A stretch of DNA of 57,779 bases, taken from assembly GCA_014846175.1 (NCBI GenBank), contig RKAV01000062.1, positions 1 to 57,779 on the forward strand, read 5' to 3'. Numbering within the stretch: position 1 is the first letter of the stretch; each line of letters opens with the position of its first letter. Below the pieces are notes generated by a model. It searched no databases. It was not told the DNA's origin and saw only the letters and a program-made list of their open reading frames with translations. The position numbers and the translations under genes are program-made. This document shows, piece by piece, positions 20,063-29,483 of this stretch. The stretch comes from a bacterium. GTDB taxonomy: Bacteria; Bacillota_I; Bacilli_A; RF39; UBA660.

Positions 20063-20806
20063 ATGGAAATAGATGAATTAATTAGTTATATAAATATGTC
20101 TAAAAAAACAGTATTTTTTGGTGGAGCAGGAGTATCTACTGCTAGTGGTTTGCAAGACTTTAGAGGTAGTAATGGACTATATAAAGAAAAAAGAAAGTAT
20201 CCACCAGAAGAGATTTTATCTCATACTTTCTTTATGAAACATACTGATTTATTTTATGAATTTTATAAAGAAAAACTAAATAGTCTTAACTATAACCCTA
20301 ATATTATTCATAAGACTTTAAAACTAATGGAAGATAAAAACTTATTAAGTTCTATAATAACTCAAAATATTGATGGCTTTGATAAGATGGTTGGTAGTAG
20401 AAATGTTTTAGAATTACATGGCTCTATTTTAAGAAACTATTGCCTTAATTGTCATAAGTCTTATAGTGGTGAGTACGTTTTTAAATCCAAAGGTATTCCA
20501 AAGTGTAGTTGTGGTGGTATTATTAAACCTGATGTTGTCTTATATGAAGAAGCACTTGATAATAAAATACTAACTGAAGCTATCAAAGAAGTAAGTGAGG
20601 CAGATTTATTAATAGTAGGTGGAACCTCACTTCAGGTGTATCCTGCATCTTCTTTAGTAACATACTTTAGAGGTAAACATTTAGTTCTTATTAATAAAGA
20701 TGAAACACCTTATGATTATTTAGCAGATATAGTAATACATGATGATTTAGCTAGTGTTTTTGAAAAAATAAATAAAAGTATAAGTTTAAAAAAAGAGGTG
20801 TTCTAG
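20063..20806 (+). CDS. cobB: NAD-dependent protein deacylase (Sir2 family)
   Basis: FFGGAGVSTASGLQDFRG, TQNIDG, HG...C..C...C.CGG zinc module, GTSLQVYPA. Confidence 0.85.
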   Translation: MEIDELISYINMSKKTVFFGGAGVSTASGLQDFRGSNGLYKEKRKYPPEEILSHTFFMKHTDLFYEFYKEKLNSLNYNPNIIHKTLKLMEDKNLLSSIITQNIDGFDKMVGSRNVLELHGSILRNYCLNCHKSYSGEYVFKSKGIPKCSCGGIIKPDVVLYEEALDNKILTEAIKEVSEADLLIVGGTSLQVYPASSLVTYFRGKHLVLINKDETPYDYLADIVIHDDLASVFEKINKSISLKKEVF

Positions 20807-21603
20807 AAAGGAACAACCTCTTTATTAGTATAATGCTTAATAATATTATGAATGATTATAAATACTATTCCTAAGATTAAGAAACCTAAAGCTAATTTAT
20901 AACCTTTACTTATAAGACTTACTAGTATTTCTAAGTCCTTTTCACTACTAAGTATAAAGTTCATTAAGAAAGTTAAAATAGCAATTAAACTAGCAGTAAA
21001 TAAAGATATAAAAGTATAATATAAGAAGAAACTTAATTTTTTAAGAGTAAGAAGAGCAATACTTACTAACTCTATTACTAGTAAAATAATAGTTAAACTT
21101 CTTACTTTAGAATTACTACAAAAACTTATAACATCTAAGAATCCAGATATATCATTATCTTTATCTTCAATCATTTCATTAGATGATTCGATTACTTCTT
21201 TGCTAGCATTATCACTAATTTCTTTTATTTTTTCATCTGATAGATTAATATCATAATTCTTATTAGCTTTCTCTAAAAATTCTTTAGTTTTTTCTTTGAT
21301 AAGTTCTTCATCAACTTTGCTTTTACTACTAATCTTCTTATCAATTACTTCTTTTAAAATAGTATTAACATACTCTTTCATCTCATCGTTTGATAAAGCT
21401 TTATCAATCTTATCTTGACTGATACCTAAGTCTTCTGCTTCTTGATATAAGTCATTACTATTTACAACAGAATCATCAATTGCTTGATTAGCAATAATTT
21501 TTATTGCTTCACTTCCAACGTAAGGAATTGTAAAAAGTCCTACTAAAACAATAGTAGTTGCAGTTGCTATTATTGTAAGTAAAACTGCTAAAAATTTTTT
21601 CAT
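20803..21603 (-). CDS. membrane protein of unknown function
   Basis: N-terminal TM helix, acidic coiled middle and four C-terminal TM helices. Convergent with cobB (4-nt overlap). Confidence 0.5.
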   Translation of the reverse strand: MKKFLAVLLTIIATATTIVLVGLFTIPYVGSEAIKIIANQAIDDSVVNSNDLYQEAEDLGISQDKIDKALSNDEMKEYVNTILKEVIDKKISSKSKVDEELIKEKTKEFLEKANKNYDINLSDEKIKEISDNASKEVIESSNEMIEDKDNDISGFLDVISFCSNSKVRSLTIILLVIELVSIALLTLKKLSFFLYYTFISLFTASLIAILTFLMNFILSSEKDLEILVSLISKGYKLALGFLILGIVFIIIHNIIKHYTNKEVVPF

Positions 21604-21688
21604 ATATACACCTCTTAGACATACTATAACATATTTTACTAAATTCTTCTATTATTATGTTATAATTGGTAATAAAGGACGTGATTGG

Positions 21689-24028
21689 ATGAGTAAAAGA
21701 TATAATCCTGATAAGAATATTGGTCTTAGTAAGGAGCAAGTAAATGAAAGAATTAAAGACAATTTAGTTAACTTTAATACAAATGTAAAAACAAAAAGTG
21801 CTAAAGAAATTATCTTAGAAAATACTGTTACATTATTTAATATAATCAATGCTATTTTAGCAGTAGCAATTATTTTAGTAGGTAGCTATAAGAATCTTGG
21901 CTTTCTACTTATTATCGTTTTAAATACTGTTATTAGTACATTTCAAGAATTACATTCTAAAAGTGTTATTGATAAATTATCAGTAGTATCGGCATCAAAA
22001 GTTAAAGTATTAAGAGATAGTAAAGAATATGATGTTAATCTAGATGAAGTTGTTTTAGATGATATTATTTTACTTGAATTAGGTAACCAAGTAATTACAG
22101 ATGCTATTATAGTAGATGGAGTAGTGGAAGTTGATGAGTCATTTATAACGGGTGAAAGTGATACTTTAATAAAAAAAGAAGGCGATATGCTATTATCAGG
22201 TAGTTTTATTGTAAGTGGTAATGCTAAAGCTAAGGTAGAACACATTGGATATGATAACTATACTGCTAAAATATCAAGTGATACTAAGTATATAAAACCA
22301 ATATCATCTGAAATTATGCGTTCTCTTAATAAAATAGTTAAGACTATTTCAGTTATTATAGTTCCTCTTGGAATCTTGCTTTTTGCAAGACAGTTATATT
22401 TATCAGGTAATACTTTACAAAATGCTGTTGTTAACACAGTAGCAGCTATTATAGGAATGATACCAGAAGGATTAGTATTATTAACGTCAACTGTTTTTGC
22501 TGTTTCTGTTATTCGTCTTTCTAAAGAAAAAGTTTTAGTACAAGATTTATACTGCATTGAATCTCTTGCTAGAGTTGATGTGATTTGTCTTGATAAGACA
22601 GGTACTATCACAGAGGGTAAGATGGAAGTAGTAGATGTCATTCCATTAGAGGGAGAAACTAAAGCTTCATTAGGAGATATTTTAGGTAGTATGATGGCAG
22701 CTACAAAGGATAAAAATGCTACTGCTATTGCTATAAGAGATGCTTATTATCGTAAACCAAAATGGAAAGTAGAAGAAGTTATTCCTTTTTCATCCGAAAA
22801 GAAATATTCTGGTGTAAAGTTTGCTACTGATACTTATTTGATTGGAGCAGTAGAATTTGTTTTAAAAGACCATGGTAAGAGTTATCAAAAGATGTTAGAT
22901 GATTATATTAAAAAATACCGTGTTTTAGTTCTAGCCAAGGTTAATAATTACGGTAAAAAGAATGAGGAAAGACAAGCTTTAGGATTTATTTTATTACAAG
23001 ATAAAGTTAGAAAAGAAGCTAAAAAGACATTAGAGTACTTTAAAGAACAAGGTGTTGCTATTAAAATTATATCTGGAGATAATCCTATTACTGTTTCATC
23101 TATTGCTAAAAGAGCAGGACTTACTGAAAAACTTAAGGTGATAGATTTATCTACTTTAAATAGTGAAGAAGAGATACAAAAAGCAGCTTTGGAGTATGAT
23201 GTATTTGGAAGAGTAAAACCAGAAGAAAAGCACTTACTTATTAGAGCTTTAAAAGAAGCTGGTCACAATGTAGCGATGACAGGAGATGGTGTTAATGACT
23301 GTTTAGCTCTAAAAGAAGCAGACTGTTCTATTGCTATGGCTTCAGGAAGTGATGCTGCAAGAAGTGTATCCCAATTAGTTTTACTAGATTCTAATTTTGC
23401 TTCTATGCCTAGTGTAGTAGCAGAGGGGAGAAGAAGTATAAATAATCTTGAAAGATCTGCTTCTTTATTCTTAGTTAAAACAATTTATGCAGGAATACTT
23501 GCTTTCTTATTTCTATTTATAGAAATGTCTTATCCTTTTATACCGATTCAGTTGACACTTGCCAGTGTAGTAACTATTGGAATACCATCATTTGTCTTGG
23601 CACTTGAACCTAATAAAGAAAGAGTAAAAGGAAAATTCTTAGTGAATGTCTTAAAGAAATCAGCACCACCGGCCTTTACAATTATCCTAAATATTTTACT
23701 AATATGTCTAGCAGGGCAGATGTTTAGTCTTAGCTATGCTAAAATATCAACATTATGTTTAACCTTAACTGGTTATACATCATTTATTCTTTTATTTAAG
23801 ATATGTAGACCATTTAATAGAATAAGACTAATTTTATTTAGTACAATGTTTTATCTATTTATATATGCTATCTTTAATTTAACTACTTTATTTTCTATAA
23901 CACATTTTAATATCTTTATGATTTTTCTAGCATTTATCTTAATGTATTTATCACATAGATTATATACTTTCTTTGAAATGCTTATTGATAAACTTATGGT
24001 GAAATTAAGTAGTAAAAATATGATATAA
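21689..24028 (+). CDS. cation-translocating P-type ATPase (HAD superfamily, IC-like)
   Basis: TGES actuator motif, CLDKTGTITEG, MTGDGVNDCLALKEAD, 10-TM layout. Confidence 0.85.
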   Translation: MSKRYNPDKNIGLSKEQVNERIKDNLVNFNTNVKTKSAKEIILENTVTLFNIINAILAVAIILVGSYKNLGFLLIIVLNTVISTFQELHSKSVIDKLSVVSASKVKVLRDSKEYDVNLDEVVLDDIILLELGNQVITDAIIVDGVVEVDESFITGESDTLIKKEGDMLLSGSFIVSGNAKAKVEHIGYDNYTAKISSDTKYIKPISSEIMRSLNKIVKTISVIIVPLGILLFARQLYLSGNTLQNAVVNTVAAIIGMIPEGLVLLTSTVFAVSVIRLSKEKVLVQDLYCIESLARVDVICLDKTGTITEGKMEVVDVIPLEGETKASLGDILGSMMAATKDKNATAIAIRDAYYRKPKWKVEEVIPFSSEKKYSGVKFATDTYLIGAVEFVLKDHGKSYQKMLDDYIKKYRVLVLAKVNNYGKKNEERQALGFILLQDKVRKEAKKTLEYFKEQGVAIKIISGDNPITVSSIAKRAGLTEKLKVIDLSTLNSEEEIQKAALEYDVFGRVKPEEKHLLIRALKEAGHNVAMTGDGVNDCLALKEADCSIAMASGSDAARSVSQLVLLDSNFASMPSVVAEGRRSINNLERSASLFLVKTIYAGILAFLFLFIEMSYPFIPIQLTLASVVTIGIPSFVLALEPNKERVKGKFLVNVLKKSAPPAFTIILNILLICLAGQMFSLSYAKISTLCLTLTGYTSFILLFKICRPFNRIRLILFSTMFYLFIYAIFNLTTLFSITHFNIFMIFLAFILMYLSHRLYTFFEMLIDKLMVKLSSKNMI

Positions 24029-24034
24029 AAAAAA

Positions 24035-24070
24035 GTCATAGATATCAGTTTGATATTTATGATCTTTTTT
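24035..24070 (+). terminator. terminator after P-type ATPase
   Basis: TCATAGATATCA-gtt-TGATATTTATGA hairpin (one G-U pair) plus a T6 run. Confidence 0.65.
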
Positions 24071-24115
24071 AAGTATAAATAAAAATAAAAACCCCTAAGG
24101 GTTTAAAATTCTAAA

Positions 24116-24206
24116 TGGCGGAGACAGAGGGATTTGAACCCTCGCGACAGTTACCCATCCTACTCCCTTAGCAGGGGAGCCTCTTCAGCCTCTTGAGTAT
24201 GTCTCC
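24116..24206 (-). tRNA. tRNA-Ser (anticodon GCT)
   Basis: The reverse complement GGAGACATACTCAAGAGGCTGAAG...CTGCTAA...long variable arm...GGTTCAAATCCCTCTGTCTCCGCCA folds as a class II tRNA. Confidence 0.9.
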
Positions 24207-24226
24207 AAATTGCTTCCGTAGTTATA

Positions 24227-24255
24227 ATATTACCGTAAAATGAAAGTGATGTCAA
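24227..24255 (-). promoter_or_regulatory. sigma-A-type promoter for tRNA-Ser
   Basis: Minus strand reads GCAAAAGTGTTGACA-17 nt-TAATAT. The same GCAAAAGTGTTGACA string precedes the 10-tRNA cluster. Confidence 0.6.
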
Positions 24256-24631
24256 CACTTTTGCAAAGAAAAAGTGAAATTGAACTAATTAAATGTTACT
24301 ACTCAGCCATAATGTAAAAAAATGATACAAATCTAGTAAAATGAGTTATAATATATACAGCGAAATACAACTATCCTAAATAAATTAGTGTCTCGCTTTT
24401 TTAATTATTTTATGCTGATATAGAAGTACTGGATAACTATATTTTTATTATTGATGGATATATCTTTGATGAACTAGAAATCGTCCAAAGTTCAACAACT
24501 AATAAAGAAAGATGTCCAATTAGATAAAATAAAATGAGGGCAGCATTTGTTGCAATTCCAATAGTAATATATCAATAAATATAATAATTAAAAATATTAA
24601 TATATTTAGGAGGATTTCTAGGAGGATTTCT

Positions 24632-26590
24632 ATGATGCACGTTACAAAGGAATTAAAAGATTATATTGAACAACAAATATTACTAATATATGAAAAAAAT
24701 GATAATGGTCATGGTATTGAACATATTAAATATGTTATTAAAAGAAGTTTAGAATTTGCTAACCAATTTCCTCATATAAATCTTGACATGGTGTACACTA
24801 TTGCTTCTTTTCATGATGTAGCACACCATATAGATAAAGACAAACATGAAATATTATCTGCTAAATTATTTTATGAAAATGAAAAGATGAAAGATTTCTT
24901 TGATGATAAACAGAGAATAATTATTAAAGAAGCAATAGAAGATCATAGAGCATCATTAGAATATGAACCTAGAAGTGATTACGGTAAGATAATTTCATCG
25001 GCTGATAGAACAACTAATATTGAATCTATATTAAAGAGAACTCATTCTTATACTACTAAACATTACCGAGATTTAGATTTATGTCAAATGGTTGAGCGTT
25101 CTTATAATCATGTGCTTAAAAAGTATGGTGGTAATGGTTATGCTAAAAATTATTGCTATGATAAAGATTATGAACAATTTAAACAAGATGTTAAAAAAAT
25201 CTTAAAGAATAAATGGGAGTTTACAAAAAAATATTTGGATGTAAATGAAATTATGGATTTAAAAGAAAAAGCAAAATTATTTGCAATAAATGCCCATATG
25301 GGACAAATTAGAAAAAGTGAACCAGATAAACCTATGATAATACATCCTATTAGTGTAGGCATATTATTAGAAGAATATGGCTATGACGAACCAGTAGTAG
25401 CTGCAGGTTATTTACATGATGTCGTAGAAGATACTAAATATACCATTGAAGATATAAAAAGAGAATTTGGTAATGAAGTTGCAAACTTAGTTATGAGTGC
25501 ATCAGAGCCAGATAAATCATTATCTTGGGAAGAAAGAAAAACATATACTATTGAAGAAGCTAAAAAATTACCTTTAAGAAATAAGTTAGTTATTTGTGCA
25601 GATAAGATAAATAATTTAGAAGACTTAATGCTTAAATTTCAAAAAAGTGGAAAAAGAGATTTTTCAGCATTTAAGAGAGGTGAAGAACAACAGAAATGGT
25701 ATTATACAAATGTATATGAAAGTTTAATTTATGGCGAAGATGAAAATTTACCTATATTTAAAAGACTTAAAAATGTATTAGATATTGTATTTGCTGAAAA
25801 AGAAGATTTATATTTAAGAGATACTATTTTTGATGATAATAGAAACTACTATGAAGAGCTAAAAAAACTACATGCTCAAAAAGTGGAACTGCAAAAATTA
25901 AAGGCATTAAGTGTATTATCAAAACCATTTGTTATTGAATTTAGTGGTACACCTAGAACTGGTAAAACTACTACAATAAATAATTTATATGATTTCTTTA
26001 AAAAAGGTGGTTTTAATACTGCTGTAATTGAGGAATTTACTACATCTAGATATTATAAAGAAGTATTTAAACAAAAATATAAAGATGTAAGTTCCACTGA
26101 ATCGAATATGGCAATAATAAAAGAGGTTACGAGACAATTAGAAGAAGCACTTAATTCGGATAAAGAAATAATTTTAATTGATAGATCTATAAATGATAGA
26201 CAGATTTGGAATTATAGAAGATATATTCGCGGTGATATGCCAGAAGAACCATATCAAGAAGCAAGGGAGAAATATAGTGCAATATCAAGCAGATTAATAG
26301 ATTTTTTAGTTATTACATATGCCGAGCCTTTAACTTCACTAAAAAGAGATTATAATTCAAGTTTGGCATTAGAAAAAAGAAATTTTTTAAATATTGATAA
26401 TTTAAATGAATATAATCGGAGTTTAAAAGATTTACAAGAGTTATTTGAAACGAGTGTAGATGATTCAATTTTACTAGATACAAGTTCTATGGGTATGGAT
26501 AAGGTTTCTATAGAAATTGCATCACAAATAATGCCTGCTATGAGAAAAAGGTATATTAAAAATTTTAAACAAAAGTATAATTTAAAGTAA
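24632..26590 (+). CDS. three-domain protein: N-terminal HD phosphohydrolase, RelA/SpoT-type HD (alarmone hydrolase-like) and C-terminal P-loop (deoxy)nucleoside/nucleotide-kinase-like domain
   Basis: aa ~25-130 HGIEHI...SFHDVAHHIDK (HD). aa ~210-300 AHMGQIRKSEPDKPMIIHPISVGILL...AAGYLHDVVEDT (SpoT/Mesh1-type HD). aa ~435-560 FSGTPRTGKTT Walker A and ILIDRSINDRQIW (ERS-like motif of dNK/TMPK-fold kinases). Confidence 0.7.
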   Translation: MMHVTKELKDYIEQQILLIYEKNDNGHGIEHIKYVIKRSLEFANQFPHINLDMVYTIASFHDVAHHIDKDKHEILSAKLFYENEKMKDFFDDKQRIIIKEAIEDHRASLEYEPRSDYGKIISSADRTTNIESILKRTHSYTTKHYRDLDLCQMVERSYNHVLKKYGGNGYAKNYCYDKDYEQFKQDVKKILKNKWEFTKKYLDVNEIMDLKEKAKLFAINAHMGQIRKSEPDKPMIIHPISVGILLEEYGYDEPVVAAGYLHDVVEDTKYTIEDIKREFGNEVANLVMSASEPDKSLSWEERKTYTIEEAKKLPLRNKLVICADKINNLEDLMLKFQKSGKRDFSAFKRGEEQQKWYYTNVYESLIYGEDENLPIFKRLKNVLDIVFAEKEDLYLRDTIFDDNRNYYEELKKLHAQKVELQKLKALSVLSKPFVIEFSGTPRTGKTTTINNLYDFFKKGGFNTAVIEEFTTSRYYKEVFKQKYKDVSSTESNMAIIKEVTRQLEEALNSDKEIILIDRSINDRQIWNYRRYIRGDMPEEPYQEAREKYSAISSRLIDFLVITYAEPLTSLKRDYNSSLALEKRNFLNIDNLNEYNRSLKDLQELFETSVDDSILLDTSSMGMDKVSIEIASQIMPAMRKRYIKNFKQKYNLK

Positions 26591-26594
26591 AACA

Positions 26595-26621
26595 AAAGGA
26601 AGAGTAAAAACTCTTCCTTTT
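26595..26621. terminator. bidirectional hairpin terminator
   Basis: AAAGGAAGAG-taaaaa-CTCTTCCTTT with A/T runs on both sides. Confidence 0.65.
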
Positions 26622-27065
26622 GAAATACTTCTACCAAGTGTATAAATATACCCGCAACAATCAAAAATGCTTTAGTTATACTATTTTTAGTGATTAAGTC
26701 AATACTTTTTCGCGATTTTCTTTAGATTTGCTATGGGTGATTGCGTGTTTTTTTTATTTTCTATCTTCTATCTTACTTTTATTAGTTGTTTTTATTTTTT
26801 CAAAAGCATAATATTTTTGTGTGAAAAATGAGAAAAAACGATAGTAATTTGCATTAAAATAACCTCCTGTATTCAAAGAAGGCTATTTTATGCTGATTGA
26901 ATACGAAGAAATTACAAGAGGTTATTTTGTTGATTACTAGTAAAAATAAAGGCTGATAATAGAAGTTCATTTTCTGCTAACAATGCTAAAGAAAAAGTAA
27001 AAAAGACATTAGGCTTTCAAAAAAGATACATATCTTTTCTTTTTTGCGTAACATTGCTAAATGAA

Positions 27066-27097
27066 TTTAAAATAAAAAGCCTTAAAAATAAGGCTTT
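27066..27097 (-). terminator. terminator of the minus-strand tRNA trio
   Basis: AAAGCCTTA-aaaa-TAAGGCTTT hairpin followed on the minus strand by TTTTTATTTT. Confidence 0.6.
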
Positions 27098-27107
27098 GTA
27101 ATCATTA

Positions 27108-27184
27108 TGGTGACCAGTACGGAATTCGAATCCGTGAATGCTGCCGTGAAAGGGCAGTGTGTTAAGCCACTTCACCAACTGGCC
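27108..27184 (-). tRNA. tRNA-Glu (anticodon TTC)
   Basis: Reverse complement GGCCAGTTGGTGAAG...CCCTTTCACGG...GGATTCGAATTCCGTACTGGTCACCA. Confidence 0.9.
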
Positions 27185-27192
27185 AAAAAAAA

Positions 27193-27269
27193 TGGCGCCT
27201 CAACTAGGACTTGAACCTAGGACCCCTTGATTAACAGTCAAGTGCTCTAACCAACTGAGCTATTGAGGC
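27193..27269 (-). tRNA. tRNA-Asn (anticodon GTT)
   Basis: Reverse complement GCCTCAATAGCTCAGTTGGTTAGAGC...GACTGTTAATC...GGTTCAAGTCCTAGTTGAGGCGCCA. Confidence 0.9.
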
Positions 27270-27276
27270 ATCCTAA

Positions 27277-27353
27277 TGGTGGGCCTGACAGGACTTGAAC
27301 CTGTGACCTCTCGCTTATCAAGCGAGCGCTCTAACCAACTGAGCTACAAGCCC
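27277..27353 (-). tRNA. tRNA-Ile (anticodon GAT)
   Basis: Reverse complement GGGCTTGTAGCTCAGTTGGTTAGAGC...GCTTGATAAGC...GGTTCAAGTCCTGTCAGGCCCACCA. Confidence 0.9.
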
Positions 27354-27378
27354 GTTCCTTCAAAAACAGAACAATTTA

Positions 27379-27407
27379 ATATTACAATAAAATGTTTCAT
27401 AAATCAA
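27379..27407 (-). promoter_or_regulatory. candidate promoter for the Ile-Asn-Glu tRNA trio
   Basis: Minus strand reads TTGATT-17 nt-TAATAT about 25 nt upstream of tRNA-Ile. Confidence 0.45.
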
Positions 27408-27549
27408 GTCTTTTTTTTAAATTTTGTAATATATTTCCGACTTGCATACTTAGAATAGCAAAGATATGAATAAAAATCAAGCATTTTTTAAAAAATATTG
27501 TGATAAATTTCATCTTTTGTTATAATCTTCTAAGAAAAGAGGTGCTTTT

Positions 27550-28392
27550 ATGTATAAAAAAGTCGAAGAAGAAGGATTATTATTAGAAACAATATTAAAA
27601 TTATTTAACGAACAAAGTCATAAAAAATTAAAATCATACCTAAAAAATAATAGTATTTTTGTAAATGGTAAATCAATTACTGCTTATAACTACAAAGTAA
27701 AGAAAAATGATATTATTGAAATTAGAAAAGATTATAAGACTCATAAGAAGTGTCCTTTAAAGATACTTTATGAAGATGAATACTTTTTAGTAATAGAAAA
27801 ACCAGCACATTTATTAACAATAGCAACTACTAAAGAAAAAGAAAAAACAGCATATCACATTATGCGCCAATTTATTAAAGAAAGAAATAGTAAAGATAAA
27901 ATCTTTATCTTACATCGTCTAGATAAAGATACATCAGGAGTAGTAATATTTGTAAAAGATGAAAGAGTAAAAGAACTATTACAAAATGATTGGAATAACT
28001 TAATAGAAGATAGAGAATATATAGCAGTAGTACCTAAAGGAATAAAGTCATATACTAACTATACTTGTTATTTAAAAGAAGATAATAATTATAAAGTACA
28101 TGTTACTAATGATAAAAATGGTAAGAAAGCTATCACTTCTATCACCGTATTAAAAGAAAATAAGAATTATTCTTTAATTAAAATAAATATTAAGACAGGT
28201 AGAAAAAATCAAATAAGAGCAGTTCTATCACACTTAGGTTATCCAGTTGTAGGAGATACAAAATACGGTAGTGATATTAAAGCTAAAAGATTGTTATTAC
28301 ATGCTTCTAAGATAATTTTAACTAATCCAAAGAATAAGAAAAAATATACATTTGAGAGTAAATTACCAAGAGAATTTCAAAAATATGTATAA
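27550..28392 (+). CDS. RluA-family pseudouridine synthase with S4-like N-terminus
   Basis: HRLDKDTSGVV catalytic Asp motif and GRKNQIR motif. Confidence 0.85.
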   Translation: MYKKVEEEGLLLETILKLFNEQSHKKLKSYLKNNSIFVNGKSITAYNYKVKKNDIIEIRKDYKTHKKCPLKILYEDEYFLVIEKPAHLLTIATTKEKEKTAYHIMRQFIKERNSKDKIFILHRLDKDTSGVVIFVKDERVKELLQNDWNNLIEDREYIAVVPKGIKSYTNYTCYLKEDNNYKVHVTNDKNGKKAITSITVLKENKNYSLIKINIKTGRKNQIRAVLSHLGYPVVGDTKYGSDIKAKRLLLHASKIILTNPKNKKKYTFESKLPREFQKYV

Positions 28393-28434
28393 AAAATATC
28401 TCTTTCTATCATTATAAGATAGAAAGGTGATAAA

Positions 28435-29208
28435 ATGGCAAAATATAAAGTGGAAATTAGTGGAGTAGATACTAGAAATTTAAAAGTATTAACTAATGAA
28501 GAGATGGTGGAGTTATTTAAAAATATCAAAACTAATCCTTTTGCTAGAAATGATTTAGTAGAAGGTAATTTAAAGCTAGTACTTAGTATTTTAAAACGAT
28601 TTAAAAATCATAATGAAAATTTAGATGATTTATTTCAAGTTGGATGTATTGGACTTGTTAAGTCTATTGATAATTTTGATTTAGGTCAGAATGTAAAATT
28701 TTCAACCTATGCTGTGCCAATGATTATTGGGGAGATTAGACGTTATTTAAGAGATAATAATAGTATAAGAGTAAGTCGTTCAACCAAAGACTTAGCATAT
28801 AAAGCCTTAAAATATAAAGAAGAATACATTTTAACTAATGGAAAAGAACCATCTTGTGAAGAGATAAGTAAGCAATTAGATTGTACTACTTATGATGTTT
28901 ATCATGCTTTAGAGTCATTAAAAGATCCTGTTTCTATGTTTGAACCAATTTATAGTGATGGAGGAGATACTATCTATTTATATGATCAAATAGAAGATAA
29001 GAAGCAAACTGGAAGTGAGATAGAAAATCGTCTTGCTACTAATGATGCTATAAATATGTTATCTGATAGATGTCAACAAATATTAGAAGAAAGATTTATT
29101 ATCGGTAAAACACAAATGGAAGTAGCAGAAGACTTATCTATTAGTCAAGCTCAAGTATCAAGACTTGAAAAAAATGCTGTTAAACAGTTAAAGAAAATAC
29201 TTAAATAG
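28435..29208 (+). CDS. sigG: sporulation sigma factor (SigG-like)
   Basis: KVEISGVDTRNLKVLTNEEM...DDLFQVGCIGLVKSIDNFDLGQNVKFSTYAVPMIIGEIRRYLRDNNSIRVSRS closely follows the Bacillus SigG sequence as I remember it. Region 4 HTH is QMEVAEDLSISQAQVSRLEK. Confidence 0.85.
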   Translation: MAKYKVEISGVDTRNLKVLTNEEMVELFKNIKTNPFARNDLVEGNLKLVLSILKRFKNHNENLDDLFQVGCIGLVKSIDNFDLGQNVKFSTYAVPMIIGEIRRYLRDNNSIRVSRSTKDLAYKALKYKEEYILTNGKEPSCEEISKQLDCTTYDVYHALESLKDPVSMFEPIYSDGGDTIYLYDQIEDKKQTGSEIENRLATNDAINMLSDRCQQILEERFIIGKTQMEVAEDLSISQAQVSRLEKNAVKQLKKILK

Positions 29209-29252
29209 AATAGTATTTCTTTTTTTTACATAAAAATAAATAGGTGATAATA

Positions 29253-29483
29253 GTGAGATTATCAGATTTGCAAAACAAAGATATAGTAAATACTATGGAT
29301 GGTAGAAATGTAGGTAATATAATTGATGTTAAAATAGATCAATTAACGGGTGCTATTGTTTCTTTAGTAGTAGAACCTAATAAGAAAATGTTATCTTTTA
29401 TGAATAGAGGAGTAGAAGAAGAAATATCTTGGAAGAATATTGAAAGGATAGGAGAAGATGTTATCCTAGTAAGATTAGAATGA
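29253..29483 (+). CDS. YlmC/YmxH-family sporulation protein (PRC-barrel)
   Basis: RLSDLQNKDIVNTMDGRNVGNIIDVKID...GAIVSLVV is the family pattern. The GTG at 29253 follows SD AGGTGA. Confidence 0.7.
   Translation: MRLSDLQNKDIVNTMDGRNVGNIIDVKIDQLTGAIVSLVVEPNKKMLSFMNRGVEEEISWKNIERIGEDVILVRLE

Noticed and set aside
26350-26664. 104-aa minus-strand ORF
   Set aside because: It is mostly antisense to the 3' end of the 652-aa gene and crosses the bidirectional terminator. The product is low-complexity and Leu/Phe-rich, typical of AT-rich antisense frames.
27276-27458. 60-aa plus-strand ORF
   Set aside because: It lies entirely antisense to tRNA-Ile and its promoter region. The reading frame is a by-product of the tRNA sequence.
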